This document shows positions 8,552 to 18,074 of a stretch of DNA of 64,000 bases, piece by piece. The translations under genes were made by a program, and so were the position numbers. The notes under the pieces are model-generated. The model worked only from the letters and a program-made list of their open reading frames with translations, did not search any database and had not been told where the DNA came from. The stretch comes from Gemmatimonadota bacterium (lineage in GTDB: Bacteria; Gemmatimonadota; Gemmatimonadetes; Gemmatimonadales; GWC2-71-9), in NCBI GenBank assembly GCA_036679645.1, contig JAZDCY010000098.1, forward strand, positions 1 to 64,000. The letters run 5' to 3'. The stretch's first letter is position 1, and each line of letters starts with the position of its first letter.

Positions 8552-11075
8552 CCGGGTCACGCTTCCCATCGAGGGCATGACGTGCGGGGCCTGCGCCATC
8601 ACCGTCCAGAACCGCCTGAGCGAAGCGGACGGCGTGCGTGAGGCCACCGTCAACTACGCCACGGCCCGGGCCACCATCACGCTCGACCGAGACGACGTGC
8701 AGGTTGCCGATCTGGTGCGGGCGGTCCGCGAGGTCGGGTACGACTGCGGCAAAGCGACCGTCGAGTTCGCCATCCAGGGACTTCACTACGCGACTGGCAT
8801 GAGCCGGCTCGAAGGAGCGATCCTCGCACTGCAGGGCGTTCTCTCGGCGACCGCGAATCCCGCGACCGAAACGGTGCGCGTAGAGTACGTCCCCGGGCTG
8901 GTCACTGGCCGCCAGTTCGAGGATGCCGTACGCCGCTGCGGTTTTGACCTGGCGGAGCCTATTCCTGAAGAGGATCCCGTCGAGCGAGAGCGGGTACGCC
9001 GGCGCGCCGAAACGCGCGTTCTGACGTGGAAGTTCGTCGTAGCGGCCCTCGCCTCGCTGGTCACCGGTGTCGGCAGCATGCCGTTGATGGCGACGTCCAT
9101 GAAGCAGGAGATGGATCTGTTTGCGCGGATCCTGGCTCCGCTGGACGGCGTCCTACGCAATGCGATACCGGCCCTCTACGAGTTTAGCCCGCAGAATCTG
9201 CGTCTCATCCTCCTCGGCGTCACCGTGCCGGTTCTCCTGTGGAGCGGCTGGCAGTTCTTCCGGGCGGCGTGGAGCGGCTTCAAGCACCGCACGGCGGACA
9301 TGAATACGCTGATCGCGGTGGGCACCGGCGCCGCGTTCCTCTATTCGGCGGTCGCAACCGCGTTCCCATCGACGTTCACCGGGGCCGGGCTGCAGGCGGA
9401 TGTGTACTTCGAGTCGGTGAATTTCATCATCGCGTTCATTCTGCTGGGCCGTCTGCTCGAATCACGCGCAAAGAGCCGTACCTCGGAGGCGATCCGCTCG
9501 CTCCTCGGGCTGCGGCCGAAGACCGCTCTCGTGCAGCGCGGCGGGACCGAACAGGAAGTGCCGTTCGAAGAGGTCACCGTCGGGGATCGCGTCATCGTGA
9601 AGCCGGGCGAGACGATCGCGGTGGATGGGGTGGTGGTAGAGGGAGAGTCAACCGTCAACGAGGCGATGCTCACCGGCGAACCGATGCCCGTCACCAAGAA
9701 TCCCGGCGACGAGGTCGTAGGTGGGACGATCAACGGCACCGGGGCGTTCGTGTTCGAGGCAAAGGCGGTCGGGAAAGACACGGCGCTGGCACAGATCGTC
9801 CGTCTCGTCGAAGAGGCGCAAGGCGGAAAAGCGCCCGTACAGGCGCTGGCCGATCGCGTTGCCGGGGTCTTCGTTCCGGTGGTCATCGCCGTGGCCATCG
9901 CGTCGTTCGTGATCTGGTTCGTAGCGGGCCCCGAGCCCGGCCTGCTGTTCGGCACCGTTGCGCTCGTGACCGTTCTGGTGATCGCGTGCCCCTGCGCATT
10001 GGGGCTCGCGACCCCGACGGCCATCATGGTGGGGACAGGACGTGGGGCACAACTCGGTGTGCTCATTCGCGGTGCGGAGGCACTCGAGCGACTCCAGGAC
10101 GTCGACACGATCGTCTTCGACAAGACCGGCACCATCACCGAGGGACGTCCTGTCGTCACGCACGTACTCGGGGCGAAACGGGCCGATGGCAGCAAGGTGG
10201 CACCCCCGCAGATCCTGTCGCTCGCGGCTGCCGTCGAATCGCGGTCCGAGCACCCCATCGCGCAGGCCATCATCGAGGAGGCGCACGCCAAGCGGCTCGA
10301 GATCCCAGCGGTTGAGCGGTTCGTGGCCATGGAAGGGCGCGGCGCGCGAGGGATCGTGGGCAAGTACCTGGTCGAGGTCATCAGTTTTCGCCACGCGAAG
10401 GAGCGCAGTATCGATCCCGGCGGTCTGGGCAAGGACGCGGACAAACACGTTCTTGGTGGGAAGACGCCGGTCCTGGTTGTCGTCAATGACACGGTTCAGG
10501 GTCTGGTAATCATCGCCGACGCCGTGAAACCGAGTGCAAAACCGGCGATCGCGCGCCTGCGCGAGTTGGGCTACGACCTCTATCTCCTGAGCGGCGACTC
10601 CAAGGTCTCGGCGGGTCTGATCGGGAAAGAGGTTGGCATTGATCAGGTCGTCGCGGAGGTAGCGCCGGCTGACAAGGCCGACGAGATCCGTCGGCTGCGC
10701 AATCGGCACACGGTCGCCATGGTGGGAGACGGCATCAACGATGCCCCTGCACTCGCCGAGGCGGACGTGGGCTTCGCTATCGGGACCGGCACGGATGTCG
10801 CCATCGAGGCGTCCGATATTACGCTCATCCGGGGCGATCTCGGGGCCGTCGTCACGGCGATCCAGCTCTCGAAACGAACCATGCGGACGATCAAGACGAA
10901 CCTCTTTTTCGCCTTCATCTACAACACGCTGGGGATCCCGATCGCCGCGGGACTGCTCTATCCGGTCGCCCACGTCATGCTGAGCCCGGCCATTGCCGGA
11001 CTGGCCATGGCAATGTCCAGCCTGTCCGTTGTGTTGAATAGCCTGCGGCTCAGGAGGTTCGCGCCGGCGGCGTGA
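8544..11075 (+). CDS. copA: Copper-translocating P1B-type ATPase
   Basis: GMTCGAC HMA domain, [34 protein letters not shown] and MAMSS motifs. Confidence 0.95.
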   Translation: MGSRVTLPIEGMTCGACAITVQNRLSEADGVREATVNYATARATITLDRDDVQVADLVRAVREVGYDCGKATVEFAIQGLHYATGMSRLEGAILALQGVLSATANPATETVRVEYVPGLVTGRQFEDAVRRCGFDLAEPIPEEDPVERERVRRRAETRVLTWKFVVAALASLVTGVGSMPLMATSMKQEMDLFARILAPLDGVLRNAIPALYEFSPQNLRLILLGVTVPVLLWSGWQFFRAAWSGFKHRTADMNTLIAVGTGAAFLYSAVATAFPSTFTGAGLQADVYFESVNFIIAFILLGRLLESRAKSRTSEAIRSLLGLRPKTALVQRGGTEQEVPFEEVTVGDRVIVKPGETIAVDGVVVEGESTVNEAMLTGEPMPVTKNPGDEVVGGTINGTGAFVFEAKAVGKDTALAQIVRLVEEAQGGKAPVQALADRVAGVFVPVVIAVAIASFVIWFVAGPEPGLLFGTVALVTVLVIACPCALGLATPTAIMVGTGRGAQLGVLIRGAEALERLQDVDTIVFDKTGTITEGRPVVTHVLGAKRADGSKVAPPQILSLAAAVESRSEHPIAQAIIEEAHAKRLEIPAVERFVAMEGRGARGIVGKYLVEVISFRHAKERSIDPGGLGKDADKHVLGGKTPVLVVVNDTVQGLVIIADAVKPSAKPAIARLRELGYDLYLLSGDSKVSAGLIGKEVGIDQVVAEVAPADKADEIRRLRNRHTVAMVGDGINDAPALAEADVGFAIGTGTDVAIEASDITLIRGDLGAVVTAIQLSKRTMRTIKTNLFFAFIYNTLGIPIAAGLLYPVAHVMLSPAIAGLAMAMSSLSVVLNSLRLRRFAPAA

Positions 11076-11079
11076 TATA

Positions 11080-11148
11080 GTGCGCAGTGAGCGGTACGCC
11101 GTGCGCGGGATTATCTTTACCGCTCACCGCTCACCGCTCACCGCTCAC
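11080..11148. repeat. Inverted pair of heptamer tandem arrays (GTGMGCG-like x4 / CGCTCAC x4)
   Basis: gtgcgca gtgagcg gtacgcc gtgcgcg (11080-11107), then cgctcac x4 (11121-11148). Confidence 0.8.
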
Positions 11149-11156
11149 CGGCTCAT

Positions 11157-11447
11157 ATGCGCTACTTCCATCGTACATCCGTCTCCGCAGATGATGTTCT
11201 CGCCGCCGCCGATAAGTATTTTGGGGAGCGCATGTCACCTGCCGGCCGGGACGGACGTGTCTACAAGTACTCGTCGGGTATCGGAGCGGTGACGGTAGCA
11301 GTTCGTCCGGAGGGTGGACATTACACGCACATCGCGCTGACCACGGACGAGGTTGGCGAGAGCGAAGTAGACAAGTTTGCCAAACGGTTCCTCTCCGTCG
11401 TGCACCGACACGCCCACGTGGGGCACGAGGTGCGGGGCGCCTACTGA
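11157..11447 (+). CDS. Hypothetical protein (96 aa)
   Basis: ATG start, protein-like composition, fills the gap between copA and copZ. Confidence 0.7.
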   Translation: MRYFHRTSVSADDVLAAADKYFGERMSPAGRDGRVYKYSSGIGAVTVAVRPEGGHYTHIALTTDEVGESEVDKFAKRFLSVVHRHAHVGHEVRGAY

Positions 11448-11512
11448 CCCCGGGTTGAAATCCCGCCCGAGACCATCCAAGTTTCGCACTCCCCTCTATC
11501 ACCGGGCGGGCC

Positions 11513-11728
11513 ATGGCTTCCGCGACGCTCAGAATTGTCGGTATGACCTGCGACCATTGTCGCAAGACGGTCGAGGATGCCCTCAAGGGCGTGCCAGGGA
11601 CATTTGGTGCGGCCGTGTTCCTCGACGAGGGGGAGGGGGAAGTGGATTTCGATGACGGGAAGGCCTCGGTCGATCTGTATATCCGCGCCGTAGAGGGCGC
11701 GGGATATACTGCCCGCCTGTCCGAGTAA
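11513..11728 (+). CDS. copZ: Copper chaperone (HMA domain)
   Basis: GMTCDHC motif, 71 aa, ends AVEGAGY. Confidence 0.9.
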   Translation: MASATLRIVGMTCDHCRKTVEDALKGVPGTFGAAVFLDEGEGEVDFDDGKASVDLYIRAVEGAGYTARLSE

Positions 11729-11733
11729 CGAGG

Positions 11734-12789
11734 GTGGTGACGTCACCGAAGCGGGTCCCCGTGCCGGCGGGGCTTTCCCGGGACCAACTCCACGAAATCC
11801 ACTATTACCTGTGCCTCACGCGATCGTTCGACGAGCGCCTGCGCAACCTCTATCGACAGGGGAAGGTGATCGGCGGACTCTACAGTTCGCTCGGGCAGGA
11901 AGGTGAGAGCGTGGCGAGCGCCTACGCCCTGCGTGACGGTGACATTCTCTCACCGCTCATTCGGAATCTCGGGTCCATGCTGGTCCGGGGCGCCCGGCCG
12001 GTCGAGATTCTGCGACAGTACATGGCCAAGGCCACGGGTCCCACCGGCGGACGGGAGATGAACATTCACTTCAACGATCTCCAGCTCGGCTACCTCGGTC
12101 AGATTTCGCACCTCGGGGACATGGTGACCGTCATGGCGGGGATCGCGCTTTCCTTCAAGCTGCGGCAAGAGAAGCGTGTGGGGCTCGTGTATGTCGGTGA
12201 CGGTGCAACCAGTACGGGCGCGTTTCACGAGGGCGTGAACTTCGCGGCGGTGCAGCGAGCGCCACTGGTAGTCATTGTGGAGCACAATGGGTACGCGTAC
12301 TCCACGCCCACCGCGCGACAGACCGCGGTCGAGCGGCTCGCTGACAAGGCCCTTGCGTATGGTGTCCCGAGCGAGACTGTGGACGGGAACGATGTGCTCG
12401 CTGTGTACGAGGCGACCCAGCGTGCGGTCGCGCGCGCGCGCGATGGAGGAGGTGTGACGCTGCTGGAGTTCGTCACGTACCGCCGGAGAGGACACGCGGA
12501 GCACGATGATCAGGGCTATCAGCCGACGGAAGAGATCGCGGCATGGGAGGCGAACGACCCTATAGTGCGCTTTGAGCAACAGCTGACTAGTCGGGGTTGG
12601 GCCTCGCCGTCCGACCTCGCGGCAACCGCGACGCGGGTGACCGCGGAGCTGGACCAGGCGGTCGCCGATTCGGAGAACGACCCGGCGCCGGACCCCGAGA
12701 GCGCGCTGGGGGGCGTCTATGCCACTCCCCCGCCCACGGTGCAGCGTTCACCGCTCACAGCTTACCGCGCACCGACGTCCGATGCCTGA
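11734..12789 (+). CDS. 2-oxoacid (pyruvate or branched-chain) dehydrogenase E1 alpha subunit
   Basis: TPP motif GDGATSTG...N, GQEG and YRRRGHAEHD. Confidence 0.92.
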   Translation: MVTSPKRVPVPAGLSRDQLHEIHYYLCLTRSFDERLRNLYRQGKVIGGLYSSLGQEGESVASAYALRDGDILSPLIRNLGSMLVRGARPVEILRQYMAKATGPTGGREMNIHFNDLQLGYLGQISHLGDMVTVMAGIALSFKLRQEKRVGLVYVGDGATSTGAFHEGVNFAAVQRAPLVVIVEHNGYAYSTPTARQTAVERLADKALAYGVPSETVDGNDVLAVYEATQRAVARARDGGGVTLLEFVTYRRRGHAEHDDQGYQPTEEIAAWEANDPIVRFEQQLTSRGWASPSDLAATATRVTAELDQAVADSENDPAPDPESALGGVYATPPPTVQRSPLTAYRAPTSDA

Positions 12790-13762
12790 GGTCACGTATC
12801 TCGAGGCACTGCGCGACGGCATGCGCGAAGAGCTCGAGCGCGACGACCGGGTGTTCATTCTCGGTGAGGACATTGGGATCTACGGCGGCGCGTTCAAGGT
12901 CACCGACGGGTTCCTCGACCGGTTTGGTCCCAACCGCATCGTTGATACGCCTATCAGCGAAGCGGCCATTGTTGGTGCGGCGGCCGGAGCGGCACACATG
13001 GGCATGCGCCCGATTGCCGAGATGCAGTTCATCGACTTCATCTCGTGCGCATACGACATCCTCACCAACTATGTCGCCACCGCACGGTACCGCGCGGGGC
13101 TTGGGACCCCCATCGTCGTAAGGGGTCCATCGGGAGGGTTCGTCCGTGGAGGGCCCTTCCATTCCCAGATGCCGGAGGCCGCGTTCTTCCACACGCCCGG
13201 CCTGAAGCTCGTCGCACCGGCCACCGCCCGCGACGCCAAGGGACTCATCAAGGCGGCCGTGCGGGATGACGACCCGGTGATCTACTTCGAGCACAAGTAC
13301 CTCTACCGGCGTATCAAGGAAGACCTCCCTGAGGGCGAAGAGATTCTGACCCCCATAGGCAGCGCCCGCGTTGCAAGGGAGGGTACCGACCTGTCGATCA
13401 TCACCTGGTCCGCGATGGTCTGGAAGGTGCTCGAGGCGGCCGAACAGTTGGAACGAGAGGACGGGGCGTCGGTTGAGGTGATCGACTTGCGCACGCTCAT
13501 TCCGATGGATGACGACGCGGTCATGGCGACCGTCCGAAAGACTAATCGCGTCCTCGTCGTCCACGAGGATACGCGCACGGGCGGGATCGCGGGGGAGATT
13601 ACGGCACGCATCAACGAGCACGCCTTTGAATGGCTGGATGCACCCGTGCGACGGGTGACGGCGCACGATACGCCGTTGCCGTACGCGCCGACACTGGAGG
13701 ACTATGTACTGCCCCAGGCGGAGGATGTCGTCGCGGCAGCACGATGGCTGCTGGCGTACTGA
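12782..13762 (+). CDS. 2-oxoacid dehydrogenase E1 beta subunit
   Basis: GEDIG..GG.FKVT, DTPISEAAIVG, EMQFIDF, FHSQ and IDLRTL motifs. Confidence 0.93.
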   Translation: MPEVTYLEALRDGMREELERDDRVFILGEDIGIYGGAFKVTDGFLDRFGPNRIVDTPISEAAIVGAAAGAAHMGMRPIAEMQFIDFISCAYDILTNYVATARYRAGLGTPIVVRGPSGGFVRGGPFHSQMPEAAFFHTPGLKLVAPATARDAKGLIKAAVRDDDPVIYFEHKYLYRRIKEDLPEGEEILTPIGSARVAREGTDLSIITWSAMVWKVLEAAEQLEREDGASVEVIDLRTLIPMDDDAVMATVRKTNRVLVVHEDTRTGGIAGEITARINEHAFEWLDAPVRRVTAHDTPLPYAPTLEDYVLPQAEDVVAAARWLLAY

Positions 13763-13764
13763 TA

Positions 13765-14154
13765 TCAAGCTGTCGATACCTTCAACCCGCGTGCCAATTG
13801 CCGGCGGATGGTCGCTACTGAACCGGACCCGGTGAGTGCGGCGCACCAATGGCCCGTTGCGAAGAGCCGTTTCCCCACCCGGCAGACGGGTTTCTCGTGT
13901 ATCAGCCGGCGGGATGCTCGCTTGAGGCGGCTCACGACAGCGCGTTTCGAGACATATCGCGGCACCTCGATGAGTAGGTGTACGGTACGGGGCCTCACGG
14001 CGATGGTGTCGGCCCGCCAGCCGCTCTCTTCGCACGCCCGTCGCAGGAGGTGCTCGCAGAAGCGGGCTGTCGCGGCTATTTTGAAGGCGTCGCGTCGCCG
14101 GTGGGTGCTGAGCGACACATGATACCAGACGGTGTTGGACTTCCGAAAACGCAT
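13765..14154 (-). CDS. IS200/IS605 TnpA (Y1 HUH)-like protein with degenerate catalytic motifs
   Basis: YHVSLSTHRRR (cf. YHxVxxTKYRR), RTVHLLIEVP (cf. DHVHLLxxxP), VSRLKRASRR (cf. LKGxSS), LFATGHW (cf. LWxxGYF), TIRRQL (cf. IxxYI). Confidence 0.7.
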   Translation of the reverse strand: MRFRKSNTVWYHVSLSTHRRRDAFKIAATARFCEHLLRRACEESGWRADTIAVRPRTVHLLIEVPRYVSKRAVVSRLKRASRRLIHEKPVCRVGKRLFATGHWCAALTGSGSVATIRRQLARGLKVSTA

Positions 14155-14252
14155 GCCGGAAGAGTGATATCAATCCCGCACCAACACGTAGCCAAAATCT
14201 TGCCGCGCGTGATCGTTCCATCGACGCGGGCACGGCGGAGGGGAAACCACGG

Positions 14253-15623
14253 ATGCCCCGTGTAGATGTCATCATGCCGCAGATGGGTGAATCGATCGTC
14301 GAGGGGACGGTGTCGCGGTGGTTGAAACAGGTCGGCGATGAAGTGAAGCGCGACGAGGCGATTCTCGAGATCTCGACCGACAAGGTCGATGCCGAGATTC
14401 CGTCCCCGGCAGCCGGTGTCCTCGCCGAGATCAAGGTGCCCGAGGGCGAGACGGTCGAGGTGCAAACCGTGATTGCCGTCATCGATACGGATGGAAAAGC
14501 AGGGGGAGTGGCAGAGGTGGCAGCGGGCTCTGAGGCCGCAGTCACGGCACCGGCCGCGGAGGAACCCGCTACGGTGGTTCCCACCCCCACCCCCACCCCC
14601 ACTTCGGTGCCGCCGGCCCCCGTCGCGAGCCACCAGGAAGGTGGCGTGGTGACGGGCGCCGGCGGAGAAACCGCGGAAGAGCGGCTACGCACGAAATCCA
14701 CGCCGCTCGTACGACGGATCGCGGCGGAACACGACATCGATATCTCGCGCATACCGGGGACCGGTATCGCAGGACGCGTGACCAAGAAAGACATCCTATC
14801 GTTCATCGAAAGCGGCAAGGCGGCTGGCGCCCCCGCCCCCGCCCCCGCAACCGCTCCGCGTCCGGCAGCGGGTGGGGTCGCGTCGGGTGAGGTGCTGCAC
14901 CCGGTTGTCGAGCCGTGGCCCGGCGACCGAGTCGAGCCGATGAGCAAGATCCGGAAGCTCACGGCCGATCACATGGTGATGTCACGCCGCGTTTCGGCGC
15001 ACGTCACGAGCTTCTATGAGGTGGATTTCACGCGCATTGCAGCACTCCGGCGCAAGAAGAAGGGTGAGTACGAGCAACGTGGCGCCAAGCTCACGTACAT
15101 GGCCTTCATCATCAAGACCATCGCCGACAATCTGCGACGCCATCCCGTGCTCAACGCGTCGGTGAGCGGTGATTCCATCATCTATCGCCAACCCATCAAT
15201 ATCGGGATTGCCGTGGCGCTCGATTGGGGGTTGATCGTGCCGGTCATCAAGGGCACGGACGAACTGTCAATGCTCGGCCTGGCCAAGACCGTCGTGGATC
15301 TCGCGGAGCGGGCGCGCACCAAGAAGCTCAGTCCGGATGAAGTACAGAAGGGCACGTTCACCATTACCAACCCTGGGGTCTTCGGGTCGTACATCGGTGC
15401 GCCCATCATCAACCAGCCGCAGGTGGCGATCCTCGGCATAGGGGCGATCGAGAAACGACCCAAGGTGCTGACTCTGGATGACGGCCAAGACGTCATCGCC
15501 ATCCGTACGATGTCGATGTTGTCGATCGCATACGACCACCGCATTGTCGATGGAGCGGACGCCGACCGCTTCATGGCGGACGTGAAGAAAGACCTGGAGA
15601 ATTTCTCTGAGGGAGCGATCTGA
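14253..15623 (+). CDS. Dihydrolipoamide acyltransferase (E2)
   Basis: Lipoyl domain EISTDKVDAEI, E3-binding domain STPLVRRIA, catalytic YDHRIVDGA. Confidence 0.95.
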   Translation: MPRVDVIMPQMGESIVEGTVSRWLKQVGDEVKRDEAILEISTDKVDAEIPSPAAGVLAEIKVPEGETVEVQTVIAVIDTDGKAGGVAEVAAGSEAAVTAPAAEEPATVVPTPTPTPTSVPPAPVASHQEGGVVTGAGGETAEERLRTKSTPLVRRIAAEHDIDISRIPGTGIAGRVTKKDILSFIESGKAAGAPAPAPATAPRPAAGGVASGEVLHPVVEPWPGDRVEPMSKIRKLTADHMVMSRRVSAHVTSFYEVDFTRIAALRRKKKGEYEQRGAKLTYMAFIIKTIADNLRRHPVLNASVSGDSIIYRQPINIGIAVALDWGLIVPVIKGTDELSMLGLAKTVVDLAERARTKKLSPDEVQKGTFTITNPGVFGSYIGAPIINQPQVAILGIGAIEKRPKVLTLDDGQDVIAIRTMSMLSIAYDHRIVDGADADRFMADVKKDLENFSEGAI

Positions 15624-15626
15624 CAA

Positions 15627-15947
15627 ATGGCGCGACGATCGATCCAGGTCGATGGCGAGCGGTGGGACGTGTATCCCTCCGGTCGCGTGACGGTGTATGA
15701 GCGCGACGAGTTTGCCCTCGTGTTCGAGAAGGGGACGGGCCCCGATCGTGTGCGCCGTGTGGCACGCTATTCACCGCTCGGAGCCAGGCGCCGTGACGCC
15801 TCGTTGGCGGAGCTGTCCGACGAGCGACTCATCGAGTTCTTCCGGCAGTCCCAGGCAGACTGGACCAGCCCGGATACCGGGTACGCGCGGCCCGCCCCCG
15901 CCCCCGCCCCTGCCCCCGCCCCCGGTCGTCCCGGTGCGTCGGGTTGA
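15627..15947 (+). CDS. Hypothetical protein (106 aa)
   Basis: ATG 3 nt after the E2 stop; protein-like; Pro-Ala repeat tail. Confidence 0.7.
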   Translation: MARRSIQVDGERWDVYPSGRVTVYERDEFALVFEKGTGPDRVRRVARYSPLGARRRDASLAELSDERLIEFFRQSQADWTSPDTGYARPAPAPAPAPAPGRPGASG

Positions 15948-16785
15948 CCTGCACCTCCACTCCACGGCGTCCGATGGACGGGAGGCGCCGGCGGACGTCG
16001 TCCGGCTGGCCACTGGGGCCGGACTCGCGGTCATCGCCCTCACCGATCACGACACGCTCTCCGGCGTCGCGGTCGCGCGGGATGCGACCCAGGGAACAGA
16101 CCTCCGCGTAATCGCCGGCTGCGAGTTTAGTGTCCGGGTCCCGTGGGGGGAGTTGCATCTGCTGGGGTATTTCCTCCCGCTCGATGACCGGGAACTGGAG
16201 GGTTTTCTCGCGCAGCAACGACACGGCCGGGCGGAGCGAATGGATCGCATTGTACAGCGGCTGCAGGCGTCCGGTGTCTCGGTGACGCTCGCCGATATCG
16301 TACAGCGCGCCGCCGGCGCCGCACTGGGCCGGCCACACGCCGCGCACGCGATCGTCCGGCAAGGAGCGGCGACGGACGTCAACGACGCATTCGATCGGTA
16401 CCTGGGGCGTGGGCGACCGGCCTTCGTTGCCAAGACGCTCCCGCCCGTGGCTGACGTTTCCGACCTCATTCGGCGGTGTGGCGGCGTCAGCTCAGCGGCC
16501 CACCTCAAGGACCGGGCGGGCCGAAGCGCGCTCGCGCGGTTGCGAGATGCAGGTGTGGACGGCGTCGAGGTGCTCCACCCCGCGCACGACGAGGCCACCC
16601 GGGTGCGCATTGAACGCCTGGTGCGGGAACTGGATATGCTGCCGACAGGCGGGTCGGACTGGCATGGCGGCGGTGTGGGTGGATTGGGGCGAGCCGGTCT
16701 GGGAGAGATACCGGTCCCTCACGAGTGGTTGGAAGCCATTGAGGATCTGCATAACGAGCGACGATCGGCGGAGGCTACGACATGA
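15934..16785 (+). CDS. PHP-domain metal-dependent phosphoesterase (TrpH/YciV-like)
   Basis: DLHLHSTASDG, ALTDHDT, HLLGY, GRPH and TGGSDWHG motifs; GTG start at 15934. Confidence 0.92.
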   Translation: MRRVDLHLHSTASDGREAPADVVRLATGAGLAVIALTDHDTLSGVAVARDATQGTDLRVIAGCEFSVRVPWGELHLLGYFLPLDDRELEGFLAQQRHGRAERMDRIVQRLQASGVSVTLADIVQRAAGAALGRPHAAHAIVRQGAATDVNDAFDRYLGRGRPAFVAKTLPPVADVSDLIRRCGGVSSAAHLKDRAGRSALARLRDAGVDGVEVLHPAHDEATRVRIERLVRELDMLPTGGSDWHGGGVGGLGRAGLGEIPVPHEWLEAIEDLHNERRSAEATT

Positions 16786-17234
16786 CGGCGACTGCGTTGA
16801 TTCGGGTGGGTCACACGGCTGCGGATTTCACGTTGCCGGGGCACGATGGGGCAGTGTATCGCCTTGCGGAGTTAAGGAAACAGGGACACGTGATGCTCGT
16901 CTTCTATCCGGGCAACAACACGCCTGGGTGAAACCGTCAACTCTCCGCCGTGCGCGATGAGATTGAGCGGTTTCGAGCGGCACATGTACGCCCCTTCGGC
17001 GTCAACCCGGCCGGACTCGAGAGCCACGCTAAGTACGCGGCCAAGTTCAGGTTCCCATTCTCGCTCCTTTCGGATGCCGACCGCGTCGTGGCCGGCGCCT
17101 ACGGGGCTCTGAAAACGGGCGGCAAGCGTATTCAGCGAACGGTTGTGCTGATCGGAAGTGACGGGGTTGTGCGGTTTGCCCGGCGTGGGGCACCCAAGCC
17201 GGCCGAAGTCCTGGCCGCAGTGGAGGAAGGCTGA
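16782..17234 (+). CDS. Peroxiredoxin (BCP/PrxQ-like), probable selenoprotein (UGA at codon 50)
   Basis: ATG 16782 reads ...ADFTLP...MLVFYPGNNTPG-TGA(16929-16931)-NRQLSAVRD...LLSD...QRTVVLIG...; the UGA occupies the peroxidatic Cys of the PxxxTxxC motif. Confidence 0.88.
16930..16974 (+). promoter_or_regulatory. Putative bacterial SECIS hairpin
   Basis: Manual pairing: gaaaccg/cggtttc, tcaa/ttga, ctc/gag, tc/ga, cgc/gcg, with a CGU apical loop, starting at the UGA. Confidence 0.7.
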
Positions 17235-17241
17235 CCGACAC

Positions 17242-17954
17242 ATGCCTAATCTCACGGGGAAGATCGCTCTGGTAACGGGTGGCGGGCGCAGGTTGGGGCG
17301 CGTGATCGCCGAAGCGCTCGGGGCGGATGGGGCGCGTCTGGCTATTCACTACCACCGCTCGGCCCAGGGCGCGATCGAGGTGGCGGACATCCTGGGGGGA
17401 GCGGCTCGCGCAACGACCTTCGAGGCGGATCTTGCCGACGCCCGAGCAGCGGCCGCCCTCCCGCAGCGTGTAGTGGAAGAGATGGGCGGGCTCGACCCTT
17501 CGGGGAGGTAACTCCCGAAGACTGGGACCACGTCATGGATGTAAACCTGCGCGCGTACTTCTTCGTGGCACAGGGTGCCGCGCCGTCCCTACGCGCTCGA
17601 GGTGGGGCCGTGATCAATATCTCCGACGCGTCGAGTGTCGATCCGTGGCCGTCGTACCTGCCGCACAGTGTGAGCAAGGCAGGCGTCCAGATGCTCACGC
17701 GTGCGCTCGCGCTCGCGATGGCCCCGGAAGTCAGGGTCAACGGCATCGTTCCGGGGGCGGTGCTCCTGCCGGAATCGCTCGACGCCGACGCCGAACGGCG
17801 CATTGGCGAGCGGACTCCGCTGCAACGTCTGGGGAGTCCAGCGGACGTGGTCTCCGCCGTGAGATTTCTGCTCGAGACCGAATACGCCACCGGCAGCACG
17901 GTGGTCGTAGACGGCGGTGCCACCGTGCGGCCCCGGGTGTGGGAGACGGCGTGA
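17242..17954 (+). pseudogene. SDR oxidoreductase (pteridine reductase/FolM-like), frameshifted by an internal deletion
   Basis: TGGGRRLG N-terminus ends GGLD, then the frame shifts near 17496 to PFGEVTPEDWDHVMDVN; the conserved LVNNA-type segment is missing. Confidence 0.75.
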
Positions 17955-18074
17955 ACCGGCACCACGTCTTCCTGTAGCGCTTACATTTAGGCAAGCGGCT
18001 GGAACCACGGTGATTGGTTTGCCGTTAACTAGGAGATTTGTGGCGACACCGTGTTGAAACGAGAGGTAATCCCT

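Noticed and set aside
12755..14962. Long antisense ORFs (e.g. 735 aa here, also 9648-10973, 37187-38557, 57586-58926)
   Set aside because: They shadow well-supported genes on the other strand, as expected at high GC, and have no recognisable motifs.
14579..15925. C-rich hexamer runs (PTPTPT and PAPAPA)
   Set aside because: In-frame low-complexity linker coding in E2 and the 106-aa protein.
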